64,000 bases of DNA, taken from NCBI GenBank assembly GCA_963763695.1, contig CAVXPM010000001.1:116963-180962 (forward strand), in the 5' to 3' direction. The notes under the pieces are model-generated. The model searched no databases. It was not told where the DNA came from and saw only the letters and a list, made by a program, of their open reading frames with translations. This DNA comes from an uncultured Solirubrobacteraceae bacterium. GTDB lineage: Bacteria > Actinomycetota > Thermoleophilia > Solirubrobacterales > Solirubrobacteraceae. The position numbers and the translations under genes were made by a program. The first letter of the stretch is position 1. Every line of letters begins with the position of its first letter. Below are positions 43,938 to 55,282 of this stretch, piece after piece.

Positions 43938-43984
43938 GCGGGAGGAACCGCGCCGGGGCCGAACCGCGCCGGAGCGGCAGAGCC

Positions 43985-44632
43985 TCAGGCAGCCACGGCG
44001 CGCGAATGCAGGTGCGCGCCGACCTTGCGCTTGACCCGCTGAAGCGCGTTGTCGACGGTCTTGGTGTCGCAGCTCAGGCGCTCGCCGACCTGCTCGTAGG
44101 AGTAGCCGTCGAGGTACAGCGAGAGAACTCGGCTCTCCAGCTCGGACAGCGCGGTCGACAGGCAGCCCACGAGCGAGCGCAACTCCTCTGATGAGATCAC
44201 CTGGTTGACCGGGTCATGGACGGTCGAGCCGGGGAGCATCTGATCGAGCGTTGGCACGTCATCGCCGCTTCCGGCCGGCGTGGAGGAGAAGGACACGTAC
44301 TGGTTCAGCGGCGTGTGCTTGTTGCGCGTGGCGGTCTTGACCGCGGTGATGATCTGACGCGTGATGCACAGCTCGGCAAAGTTGCGAAAGCTCGACTCAC
44401 GATCGTTGCGGAAGTCGCGGATCGCCTTATAGAGCCCCACCAATCCCTCTTGGATCAGGTCGTCGGAGTCACCCCCGGCGAGGAAGTAGGACGAGGCCTT
44501 CAGCCGCACGAAGCCGTGGTAGCGGCGTACGAGACGGTCATAGGCGTAGCGATCGCCCTGCTTGGCGAGGACGATCAGAAATTCATCCTCGACCTTAGGT
44601 TCAGAGTTACTGTTATGGGAGAAACGGGCCAC
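43985..44632 (-). CDS. sigH: RNA polymerase sigma factor, SigH/Spo0H type
   Basis: KASSYFLAGGDSDDLIQEGLVGLYKAIRDF...SFRNFAELCITRQIITAVKTATRNKHTPLN...KTVDNALQRVKRK. Confidence 0.93.
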   Translation of the reverse strand: MARFSHNSNSEPKVEDEFLIVLAKQGDRYAYDRLVRRYHGFVRLKASSYFLAGGDSDDLIQEGLVGLYKAIRDFRNDRESSFRNFAELCITRQIITAVKTATRNKHTPLNQYVSFSSTPAGSGDDVPTLDQMLPGSTVHDPVNQVISSEELRSLVGCLSTALSELESRVLSLYLDGYSYEQVGERLSCDTKTVDNALQRVKRKVGAHLHSRAVAA

Positions 44633-44722
44633 GAGCAGATCCTTTCTTCGAGTCCACCTCCTGGCAGGCCCGAAATTGCTCAGTGGCGCACTCCTCCCCT
44701 GGCGCCAAAGCTATTCAGATTT

Positions 44723-44742
44723 CCTAAGGTTTCAACCTTAGG
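44723..44742. promoter_or_regulatory. 20-bp operator-like palindrome upstream of sigH
   Basis: CCTAAGGTT-TC-AACCTTAGG. Confidence 0.65.
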
Positions 44743-44787
44743 TACAGCGTTATGTCGGCGGCAGCGTCGCACAGTTATGAACCTATG

Positions 44788-45510
44788 TCAAGCCGGGCGG
44801 TCGCGGTTCTGCAAGATCTCGTACAGAAGCGCTGCAGCAGCGGCGCTGACGCCGAGCGACTCGATCCGCCCCAGCAGCGGCAGGGTGATCAACTCATCGC
44901 AGGCGCCCGCCACGCGCGGGCGCAGTCCGTTGCCCTCGCTGCCGAGCACGAGCACCACCCCGGCGCCACGATAGTCCGGGGCGTCGTAGGGAACGGGCGC
45001 GCGTCCCGAGGCGGCGTGCTCGGCGCTGGCGCCATAGCACCAGCAACCGGCCGCGCGTGCATCGCCGAGGAAGTCGGCCAGGTTGCGCACCCGCGCCACC
45101 GGCAGGTGCTCGACAGCCCCCGCCGATGCCTTGCACACCGCCGGAGTCACCTCGGCGGCGCGCCGTTCGGGGATCACGACCCCGGCTGCGCCGGCGCACT
45201 CCGCCGTACGACAGATCGAGCCCAGGTTCTGAGGGTCCTGGATCTGGTCGAGCGCTACGAGCAGCGGCGCCTCGCCGGCGAGCAGCTGATCGGCGCCGGC
45301 ATAGTCGTAGGGACCGGCGTCGGCGCAGACACCCTGGTGAGAGCTCGACCCGCAGCGTCGCTCGAGCTCCTCGCTCGAGGCCGTGTACAGATCCCTTCCC
45401 GCGAGCCAGGGCTCACGGGCGGTGGCGGGCGTGGCCCAGATCTCCCGGACGGCCGCTGCCCGCCGGCCCCGCAGCGCCTCTCGAACCGGGTTGCGCCCGT
45501 AGACGATCAC
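44788..45510 (-). CDS. rlmB: 23S rRNA (Gm2251) methyltransferase
   Basis: VYGRNPVREAL, DPQNLGSICRTA, KASAGA, LGSEGNGL, ESLGVS; GTGA overlap with cysS. Confidence 0.93.
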   Translation of the reverse strand: MIVYGRNPVREALRGRRAAAVREIWATPATAREPWLAGRDLYTASSEELERRCGSSSHQGVCADAGPYDYAGADQLLAGEAPLLVALDQIQDPQNLGSICRTAECAGAAGVVIPERRAAEVTPAVCKASAGAVEHLPVARVRNLADFLGDARAAGCWCYGASAEHAASGRAPVPYDAPDYRGAGVVLVLGSEGNGLRPRVAGACDELITLPLLGRIESLGVSAAAAALLYEILQNRDRPA

Positions 45511-46889
45511 GAGGGCTGGGCGGGGATCAGCTCCGGACCCTCGGGGCTGTCGCGGATGTCCCAGTGCAGCGCATGCAGCTCGTCGCGAATGCGGTCGGCC
45601 GTGTGGAAGTCGCCCGCGCGGCGTGCCTCTGTTCGCGCCTGCAGCAATGCCACCGCGGCCGAGTCGATCGCTCCGTCCTCGGCGGCGGCCAGTGGCGTCA
45701 GCTCGCCCAGCCCGAGGACAGCGAGCATCTCGCGCAGCCCGCCGTCGCCCACTCCCTCGCCGCGGCGATTCGCCTCGCGCACCCACTCGAACAGCGAGGC
45801 AAGCGCTGCGGGGGTGTTGAAGTCGTTGGCCAGCGCGTCGAAGAACGCAGCGCGGTGGTGCGCCATGTCAGGAGGGCTCGGGCTCCCGGCGTCCAGGCGG
45901 CGCAGCGCATCGCGGATGCGCATGACCCGTCGCTCGGCTTCCTCGAGCTCAGAGGACGAGAACGCCAGCGGCTGGCGGTAGTGCCCGGAGACCAGGTACA
46001 TCACCACGGCGTCTCGGCCGTAGGAGTCCAGCACGTCGTGCAGGAGGGCGATGTTGCCGACCGACTTGGCCATCTTCTCGCCGGTGAACTGGATCATGCC
46101 GTTGTGCATCCACAGCCTCGCCAGCTCGCTGCCACGCGCGGCGCGCGTCTGCGCGGCCTCGTTCTCGTGGTGGGGGAAGACCAGATCGGAGCCGCCGCCG
46201 TGGATGTCGAAGCCGACGCCGAGCAGCTCCTCGGCCATCGCCGAGCACTCGATGTGCCAGCCCGGACGCCCATCGCCCCAGGGCGCCGGCCAGGAGGTGT
46301 CCTCGCTCTGCTTGTGCCCCTTCCACAGGGCGAAGTCGAGGGGGTCCTCCTTACGCGCGCTCGCGGGCTCGGACCCCGCTGCGTCTTCGCCCTGGTCCAT
46401 GTTCTCCAAGCGGCGGTGCGAGAGGCTGCCGTATCCCTGATCGGAGCGCACGCGGAAGTACACGTCTCCGTCGACCGCGTAGGCATGCCCGCGCTCGATC
46501 AGCGTCTCGATGTGGCGCACGATCGGACCGATCGTCTCTGTCGCCAGGGGCTCGTGGTCGGGGCGACCCAGTCCGAGCCCGTCGGTGTCCGCGCGGTAGC
46601 GGGCGGTCATCTCCCGCGCGAGATCCTCGCTGGGGCGTGACTGGGCCCTCGCGGCGTCATAGATCTTGTCGTTGATATCGGTGACGTTCACGACCAGGTT
46701 CACCGTGTAGCCCTCGTGCTCGAGGAACCGCTTGAGCAGGCTGAAGATCACGTAGGGCCGGGCGTTGCCGACGTGGATGCGGCTGTAGACGGTGGGGCCG
46801 CACGCGTAGATCCCCACCGCCGGAGGGTCGCGCGGCGACAGCGGCTGGAGCTTGGCGCTCTTGGTGTCGTGCAGGAGGATCTCGCGCAT
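45507..46889 (-). CDS. cysS: Cysteine-tRNA ligase
   Basis: CGPTVY..IHVGNAR, DFALWK, PGWHIECS, DIHGGG, KMAKS. Confidence 0.97.
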   Translation of the reverse strand: MREILLHDTKSAKLQPLSPRDPPAVGIYACGPTVYSRIHVGNARPYVIFSLLKRFLEHEGYTVNLVVNVTDINDKIYDAARAQSRPSEDLAREMTARYRADTDGLGLGRPDHEPLATETIGPIVRHIETLIERGHAYAVDGDVYFRVRSDQGYGSLSHRRLENMDQGEDAAGSEPASARKEDPLDFALWKGHKQSEDTSWPAPWGDGRPGWHIECSAMAEELLGVGFDIHGGGSDLVFPHHENEAAQTRAARGSELARLWMHNGMIQFTGEKMAKSVGNIALLHDVLDSYGRDAVVMYLVSGHYRQPLAFSSSELEEAERRVMRIRDALRRLDAGSPSPPDMAHHRAAFFDALANDFNTPAALASLFEWVREANRRGEGVGDGGLREMLAVLGLGELTPLAAAEDGAIDSAAVALLQARTEARRAGDFHTADRIRDELHALHWDIRDSPEGPELIPAQPS

Positions 46890-46926
46890 CGCCGCGCAAC
46901 CCTAGCGCTCGAACGCCGGCGGCTCC

Positions 46927-47406
46927 TCAGCTCAGCTGCTCGAGGCCCGCGACTGCCATCGCGGCCACTCCCTCGCCGCGGCCGACAAAGCCCATGCGCT
47001 CGCCCGTGCTGGCCTTCACGTTCACGCGCTCGAGCTGCAACCCGAGCGTGGCGGCCAGGCGCTCGCGGATCTGTTCGCGGTGGGGCGCCAGCTTGGGTGC
47101 CTCCATGATCACGGTGGCGTCGACGTTCACGATCCGAAGGCCCTGCGCGGCCACCATCGCGGTGACCGACTCGAGCAGCGCGATCGAGTCGGCGTCGCGC
47201 CAGCGCTCGTCGGTGTCGGGGAAGTGCTGGCCGATGTCGCCCAGTCCAGCAGCGCCGAGCAGCGCGTCGATCAGAGCGTGGGCGAGCACATCGGAGTCGG
47301 AGTGCCCGTCGAGGCCGTGCGAGTGGGGGATCTCCACTCCCCCGATCACCAGCCTTCGTCCCTCGAGCAGACGGTGGGAGTCATAGCCGATCCCCACGAG
47401 CGTCAT
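46927..47406 (-). CDS. ispF: 2-C-methyl-D-erythritol 2,4-cyclodiphosphate synthase
   Basis: [36 protein letters not shown] at 47406. Confidence 0.96.
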   Translation of the reverse strand: MTLVGIGYDSHRLLEGRRLVIGGVEIPHSHGLDGHSDSDVLAHALIDALLGAAGLGDIGQHFPDTDERWRDADSIALLESVTAMVAAQGLRIVNVDATVIMEAPKLAPHREQIRERLAATLGLQLERVNVKASTGERMGFVGRGEGVAAMAVAGLEQLS

Positions 47407-48257
47407 CTGGCGGCCTTGCTCGCCTCGCCGGCGCCGATCGGCTCCATCCGCCGCACGCGCCGATCGAACACGCTCAGCTCGCTCACGCCGACCTCGCCCA
47501 GCAGCTCCAGTGCGCGCTCGTAGTCGGCGCCGACGTCCTCGGGGCGGTGGGCGTCGCTCGAGAGCGCGACCGGGACCGCCGCTTCGACGCACATCTCCAG
47601 GAACGAACGCGCTGGATAGATCTCGCCCGCCGGCTTGCGCAGTCCCGCCGTGGAGACCTCGACCGCCACGCCCGCTTCGGCGATGCCTTCGACGGCGGCC
47701 TCGTAGTAGCGACGCAGGTCGCCTTCAGGCGTTCGCTGCGCGTCGCCCCAGACCTTGACCAGGTCGGGGTGAGCGACGATGTCGAACAGCCCGCAGCGCG
47801 CGGTCTCGCCGATCATCTGGAAGTAGCGGCGCCAGATCTCCTCGGTGCTCTGGCCCGAGCCCCACACGCTGTAGTCCTCCATGTCCACCGCCCGGTCGCG
47901 CAGGAAGTGCACCGAGCCGACCACGTAGTCGAAGTCGCGTGCCTGCAGCAGGTTGGCGATCCGGTCCTCGGCGCCCGGTATGAAGTCCGCCTCGATGCCC
48001 AGCCGCAGGTCGGTCTGCTCGCGCACGAACGAGCAGTACTCGTCGATGTCATCGCGAGCGAAGCGCTGCCACAGCGGGTGCTGCCAGACCTCGAGCGCCT
48101 GGCTGAAGCGGTAGACGTGCTCTGAGACGCCGAGCTCGGCGATCCCGCGTTCGCTGGCCGCCTCGCGGTAGCGCTCTGCGTTGGCGGCGGTGAAGCAGCG
48201 CTCGGCGGTGGCCTGCACGTCATCGGCGCGAAGGTGGAGGTGGTAGTCGCTCAGCAT
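47403..48257 (-). CDS. PHP-domain histidinol-phosphatase HisJ-family protein
   Basis: DYHLH, GVSEH, GIEADF, GSVHF, AHPDL, EVSTAG, SSDAH metal-binding motifs. Confidence 0.85.
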   Translation of the reverse strand: MLSDYHLHLRADDVQATAERCFTAANAERYREAASERGIAELGVSEHVYRFSQALEVWQHPLWQRFARDDIDEYCSFVREQTDLRLGIEADFIPGAEDRIANLLQARDFDYVVGSVHFLRDRAVDMEDYSVWGSGQSTEEIWRRYFQMIGETARCGLFDIVAHPDLVKVWGDAQRTPEGDLRRYYEAAVEGIAEAGVAVEVSTAGLRKPAGEIYPARSFLEMCVEAAVPVALSSDAHRPEDVGADYERALELLGEVGVSELSVFDRRVRRMEPIGAGEASKAAR

Positions 48258-48283
48258 CTGATCGGTTGCGATTCAAGCATGAT

Positions 48284-48952
48284 TCAGCGTGCTCGCTCGT
48301 TGCGTTCCCGCAAGAGCATCTCGGCCACGCGCAGGTCCAGCGGAGTGGTCACCTTGAGGTTCTGATCGCTCGAGGCGACCACGATGACCCTGCCGCCGGC
48401 GCGCTCCACCAGCCACGCATCATCGGTGGCGCGGGCGAGCTCCCCGGGGTCGACCGCCAGCGCGCGCTCGAGCGCTGCACGGCGAAAGACCTGTGGTGTC
48501 TGGACTGCCCACAGGCGGCCACGATCGAGTGTCTCGCTGACCGAGCCGTCGCCGGCTACCCGCTTGACGGTGTCGGTCACCGGTACGGCCGCGATCGCCG
48601 CATCGGCTGCCTCGTCGCGCTCGAGCGCCGCGATCACCGCTGCGGCCAGCTCGGGGGTGAGCAGCGGCCGTGCGGCGTCGTGGACGAGCACCGGGTCACC
48701 GGCGCCGGCCGCGGCGAGCGCCCTGCGCACCGAGTCCGAGCGCACCGCTCCCCCGTCGACGGCGGTCACTCCCGCCGGCGCGGGCGTGCCCGCGGGCAGC
48801 GCGACCACGATCCGCTCGAGCCCCTCGAGCGCCTGCAACGCCTCGATGCTCCACTGCACGAGCGCGCGACCGCCGAGCTCGACGAGCGCCTTTGGACGCC
48901 CGGCGCCCAGGCGCTCGCCGCTGCCTGCGGCCACGATCAGCGCGACGGTCAT
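48284..48952 (-). CDS. ispD: 2-C-methyl-D-erythritol 4-phosphate cytidylyltransferase
   Basis: AAGSGERLG...K, RSDSV, VHDAARP, QTPQVF, TDD, NLKVTT. Confidence 0.95.
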   Translation of the reverse strand: MTVALIVAAGSGERLGAGRPKALVELGGRALVQWSIEALQALEGLERIVVALPAGTPAPAGVTAVDGGAVRSDSVRRALAAAGAGDPVLVHDAARPLLTPELAAAVIAALERDEAADAAIAAVPVTDTVKRVAGDGSVSETLDRGRLWAVQTPQVFRRAALERALAVDPGELARATDDAWLVERAGGRVIVVASSDQNLKVTTPLDLRVAEMLLRERNERAR

Positions 48953-49021
48953 CGTGCTTGGGGCTTTCGCGCACGCGGCAATTGAGCCGCGCCGGACGCT
49001 GCCGCGTGCGCGAGAGCCTCG

Positions 49022-49549
49022 CTACTTGGCGCCGGCCAGCGCCATCTGCGAGGTGGCCGAATCGGCGAGCAGCTCGTCGAGGTAGCTCTCGGCCTCCTCC
49101 TCGTCCTTGTCGAGCGCGTACATCAGCTCGGAGGCGAGGATCTTCTTGGTGCGGGTGAACATCTGCTTCTCGCCGGTGGACAGCCCCTTCTCGCTCTCGC
49201 GCAGAGAGAGGTTGCGCACGACCTCGGCCAGCTCGTAGATGTCGCCGGTCTTGATCTTGTCGCGGTTGTGCTTGAAGCGGCGGTTCCAGTTCTTGGGCAT
49301 CTCCGAGACGGCGTCGCGCAGGACGTCGAGGACCTTCTTGACGGTTTCCTCGTCGATCACCCTGCGCAGCCCGGCCAAAGCAGCGTTCTCGGTGGGGACT
49401 CGGACGGTCATGTCGTTGTGGAGGATCTTGATGGTGAGGTACTCGCGCCGTTCGCCGAGGATCTCCATCTCCTCCTTCTTGAGCACCTTGCCCGCGCCGT
49501 GGTGCGGATACACGACGTGGTCACCGAGCTCGAACTCGATGTACTCCAC
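49022..49549 (-). CDS. carD: CarD-family transcriptional regulator
   Basis: GDHVVYPHHGAG, NWNRR, GDIYELAEVVRNL, KGLSTGEK. A possible upstream AUU start lies at 49609. Confidence 0.95.
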   Translation of the reverse strand: MEYIEFELGDHVVYPHHGAGKVLKKEEMEILGERREYLTIKILHNDMTVRVPTENAALAGLRRVIDEETVKKVLDVLRDAVSEMPKNWNRRFKHNRDKIKTGDIYELAEVVRNLSLRESEKGLSTGEKQMFTRTKKILASELMYALDKDEEEAESYLDELLADSATSQMALAGAK

Positions 49550-49657
49550 CTCGCGTGTGACCTCCAGGTCCTCGGTCAGCGTGTCTTCTTCAGTTGCATG
49601 TACAGGAATGGGTGTTTCCTCCTTCGTTGCGAGCGACCCGTGTGGGCGGCCCTTGAT

Positions 49658-50767
49658 TCAAGTCTGTAGGTAGCGGTCCACGAGGTTGAGCTCCTGCAGC
49701 CTGCGAAGCCCCTCGCGGATGTCCTTGGCGCGGATCTCGCCCACGCCCTCCACGCCCTCGAGCTCCGCATCGCTGGCCGCCAGCAGCTCGTCCAGGCCAC
49801 CGAATTCGCCGACGATGTGCGAGACGACGAGCTTCGGCAGCCGCGGGATCCGGCCGAGCACGCGAAAGCCACGCGGTGAGACCGGGTAGTCGAGCGTGTT
49901 GAGCTTGCGGTCGTAGCCGAGCAGCTCGGCCAGGCGCCCGAAGTCGAGCAGGTCCTGGTGGGCGAGGCGCCCAATTTCCTCCAGCGCGCCGGCGAAGGCC
50001 TCGTCGGAGTAGCTCGCTAGATAGTCGCGTACGAGCGCTGCCTTCTCGGCCGCGGCGCCGACCATGGTCTCCTCGAGCTGCATCTCGATCAAGCGTCCCT
50101 CGCTGCCCAGCTCAACGATGTAGCGCTCGATCTCGACCGCCATGCGCGTCACCAGCTCGGAGCGCTGCAGCACGGTCAGCACGTCGTGCAGGGTGGTGGC
50201 GCCCTCGAACTCCAGCGCCGTGAGGCGGGTGGAGACCTGGTCCAGTCGCGTGCGGAACTTGTCCAAGGTGGCCAACGCCTGGTTGGCCTTGGCCAGGACG
50301 ATCGGAATGTCCTCGAGGATGTACTTCACGCCATCGACGTACACCGAGACGACCTCCCGGCGCTGGGAGATCGCGATCACGAGCGCGTCGGTCTGCTTGG
50401 AGACGCGCTCGGCCGTCCTGTGCCTGGTGCCCGTCTCGTGCGAGAGGATCGTCGGATCGGGCATCAGCTGGACGTTTGCCATCGTGATCTTGGTGGCGTT
50501 CGCGTTGAGGATGATCGCGCCGTCCATCTTTGCGATCTGGTACAGGAACGCCGGGGTGTAGTCGATCTCGAGCTTGATGCCGCCCGAGTTCAGGAAGCTG
50601 AGGTCTTCGGGCTCGCCGATCACGATCAGCCCGCCGGTGCGAGCATGCAGGATGCTCTCGATTCCCTCGCGCAGCGCGGTACCGGGCGCGATCATCTCCA
50701 GCGCCCGCATGAGACCGGGATCCGGGCGTACTTCGTTGTCTACATCTTCGCCGGATCGTGGTGCCAC
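49658..50767 (-). CDS. disA: DNA integrity scanning diadenylate cyclase
   Basis: APGTALREG, KMDGA (DGA), GTRHRTAER (RHR), C-terminal HhH. GTG at 50767 preferred. Confidence 0.96.
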   Translation of the reverse strand: MAPRSGEDVDNEVRPDPGLMRALEMIAPGTALREGIESILHARTGGLIVIGEPEDLSFLNSGGIKLEIDYTPAFLYQIAKMDGAIILNANATKITMANVQLMPDPTILSHETGTRHRTAERVSKQTDALVIAISQRREVVSVYVDGVKYILEDIPIVLAKANQALATLDKFRTRLDQVSTRLTALEFEGATTLHDVLTVLQRSELVTRMAVEIERYIVELGSEGRLIEMQLEETMVGAAAEKAALVRDYLASYSDEAFAGALEEIGRLAHQDLLDFGRLAELLGYDRKLNTLDYPVSPRGFRVLGRIPRLPKLVVSHIVGEFGGLDELLAASDAELEGVEGVGEIRAKDIREGLRRLQELNLVDRYLQT

Positions 50768-50827
50768 AATCCCCAATTCTAGGGCATTCAGCGATCCATT
50801 AGCAGCTCCTATGCGGCTCCAGACCTG

Positions 50828-52384
50828 CTATAGCGCGTCCGGATCCTCACTTTCGCCGCGCGCCGGCACGAGCTGCGTGTGCTCGCGCGAGACCCGCTCG
50901 GGAGCAGGGCGCAGAATGCGCGGCGCCTCGCCCGCCGGCGGCTCGCCGACCAGGGCCACCGGCGATCCTCCACGCTCGAGGTTGGGGCGCGTCCTCGCAG
51001 CGGACGGCCCACCCGGCAGCGCCGCTGCGAGCGCTTGACGCAGGGTTGGCATCTCACACGCCGGCGCGCCGCTGTCCAGCGGCGCGATCACGCCGTGCAG
51101 GCCATGCTTGGAGGCCTCCTGCAGGCGGCGCTCCGGATGCCCCACCCAGCGCAGCTCGCCCGTCAGCCCGAGCTCTCCGAAGCAGGCTCTCGGGCTCCCT
51201 CTGAGCGCCACCCCCCGGCTCGCGCTGGCCACCGCGAGCGCAACCGCCAGATCGCAGCCGGGCTCGTCGACGCGAACGCCGCCGACGACGTTGACGAACA
51301 CGTCCGATCCGCCGGTGCGGACCTTGCCGTGACGAGCGAGGATCGCGAGCACCAGTGCCAACCTGTTGCGGTCCAGGCCCGAGACCACCCTGCGCGGCTG
51401 CTCTAGCTCGGACGGCGCGACCAGCGCCTGGACCTCGACGAGCAGCGGACGCGAGCCCTCCATCGCCGCCAGCACGACGCTGCCGGGAGCACGCGTCGCC
51501 TCGGCCACGAAACGGGCGGAGGCGTCGAGCACCTCGACCAGGCCGCCCTGGCGCATCTCGAAGAGGCCCGCCTCGTTGGTCGAGCCGAAGCGGTTCTTCA
51601 GCGCGCGCAGCTCGCGATAGGGGCGCTCGCGCTCGCCTTCGAACTGCAGCACGCAGTCGACCAGGTGCTCCAGCACCCGCGGGCCGGCCAGCGCTCCGTC
51701 CTTGGTGACGTGGCCCACGAGGATCACCGCGACACCCTGCTCCTTGGCCAGGCGCATGATCCGCGCCGCCACCTCCCTGACCTGTCCGACCGAACCGGGC
51801 GCGCCGGAGAGCTCGGCGGCGCCGAGGGTCTGCACCGAGTCGATCACGCACGCCGCGGGCGCCTCTGCGGCGATCGCCTCGAGCACGAGGTCGAGATCCG
51901 TCTCGGCGAGGATCGGGACGTGCAGCGCAGCAGGTGCGAGGCGCTCCGCGCGCAGCCTCACCTGCTCGGCGGACTCCTCCCCGCTCACGTACAGGGTGCG
52001 CCGACCGGCCTGCTGCAGGTGCCCGAGCACCATGTTCGTGAGCGTCGACTTGCCGATCCCCGGCGAGCCGCCCAGCAGCACGAGCGAGCCGGGCACCAGC
52101 CCGCCGCCCAGCACCCGGTCGAGCTCGCCGATGCCCGTCGACATTCGCTGCACCGCGCTCGCTCCGACCTCCCTCAGCGGCCGCGGCGCAACCCTGGCCT
52201 CGGCCGACGGCCCGCCACGGGACCTCCCGCGTACTGCAGCCGCGGCGCCGCGGCCCTTCGCGTCCGCCGCCTGCACACGCTCCTCGACGAGCGTGTTCCA
52301 GGCCTCACAGCCCGGGCACTGCCCGTGCCACTTGGCCGACTGAAAGCCGCACTCCGAGCAGACATGAACCGTCGTACGTGGCAC
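50828..52384 (-). CDS. radA: DNA repair protein RadA/Sms
   Basis: CSECG...GQCPGC zinc finger, GSPGIGKST, IDSVQT, KNRFG motifs. Confidence 0.96.
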   Translation of the reverse strand: MPRTTVHVCSECGFQSAKWHGQCPGCEAWNTLVEERVQAADAKGRGAAAAVRGRSRGGPSAEARVAPRPLREVGASAVQRMSTGIGELDRVLGGGLVPGSLVLLGGSPGIGKSTLTNMVLGHLQQAGRRTLYVSGEESAEQVRLRAERLAPAALHVPILAETDLDLVLEAIAAEAPAACVIDSVQTLGAAELSGAPGSVGQVREVAARIMRLAKEQGVAVILVGHVTKDGALAGPRVLEHLVDCVLQFEGERERPYRELRALKNRFGSTNEAGLFEMRQGGLVEVLDASARFVAEATRAPGSVVLAAMEGSRPLLVEVQALVAPSELEQPRRVVSGLDRNRLALVLAILARHGKVRTGGSDVFVNVVGGVRVDEPGCDLAVALAVASASRGVALRGSPRACFGELGLTGELRWVGHPERRLQEASKHGLHGVIAPLDSGAPACEMPTLRQALAAALPGGPSAARTRPNLERGGSPVALVGEPPAGEAPRILRPAPERVSREHTQLVPARGESEDPDAL

Positions 52385-52460
52385 CGGGCCAGACTACGAC
52401 CCGCCGAGGACGGTTCAGCCCGCCGAGCCGCGGACGGTACAGCCTACGCCGACGCCCACA

Positions 52461-52478
52461 GGCGAGGCACGCCTCGCC
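52461..52478 (-). terminator. GC-rich hairpin after the clpC stop
   Basis: GGCGAGGC-AC-GCCTCGCC immediately downstream of the stop; no U-tract. Confidence 0.4.
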
Positions 52479-52482
52479 CGCG

Positions 52483-55077
<2,595 letters not shown>

Positions 55078-55282
55078 TGTGTGATTCCTTCCTACTAGGA
55101 CGGTGCCTCAAGGAGCTTTGTGGTCCGGATAATGCCTTTGAAAGCAGTCTACCAACCGACCCCCCTGCTCTATCGAGGTCATCGGCATCGCCGAGCCGCA
55201 GCTTGATCGCCAGACCTGAATGGCGGCTGGACGCTCCTGCTTTGGGTCGATGCTTGCTCTACGCCCTGCGCGGGCGCGCGGA

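Noticed and set aside
44713-44726. SigH autoregulatory promoter (AGGA...GAAT)
   Set aside because: The two elements are only 5 nt apart on the minus strand, far short of the expected spacing.
46890-46926. T-box or amino-acid riboswitch leaders for cysS, lysS or lysA
   Set aside because: The upstream spaces are too short and show -10 boxes close to the start codons, with no T-box or lysine-riboswitch motifs.
50828-51020. RadA C-terminal extension as a new domain
   Set aside because: It is low-complexity Pro/Ala/Gly/Arg sequence, most simply a stop-codon drift tail.
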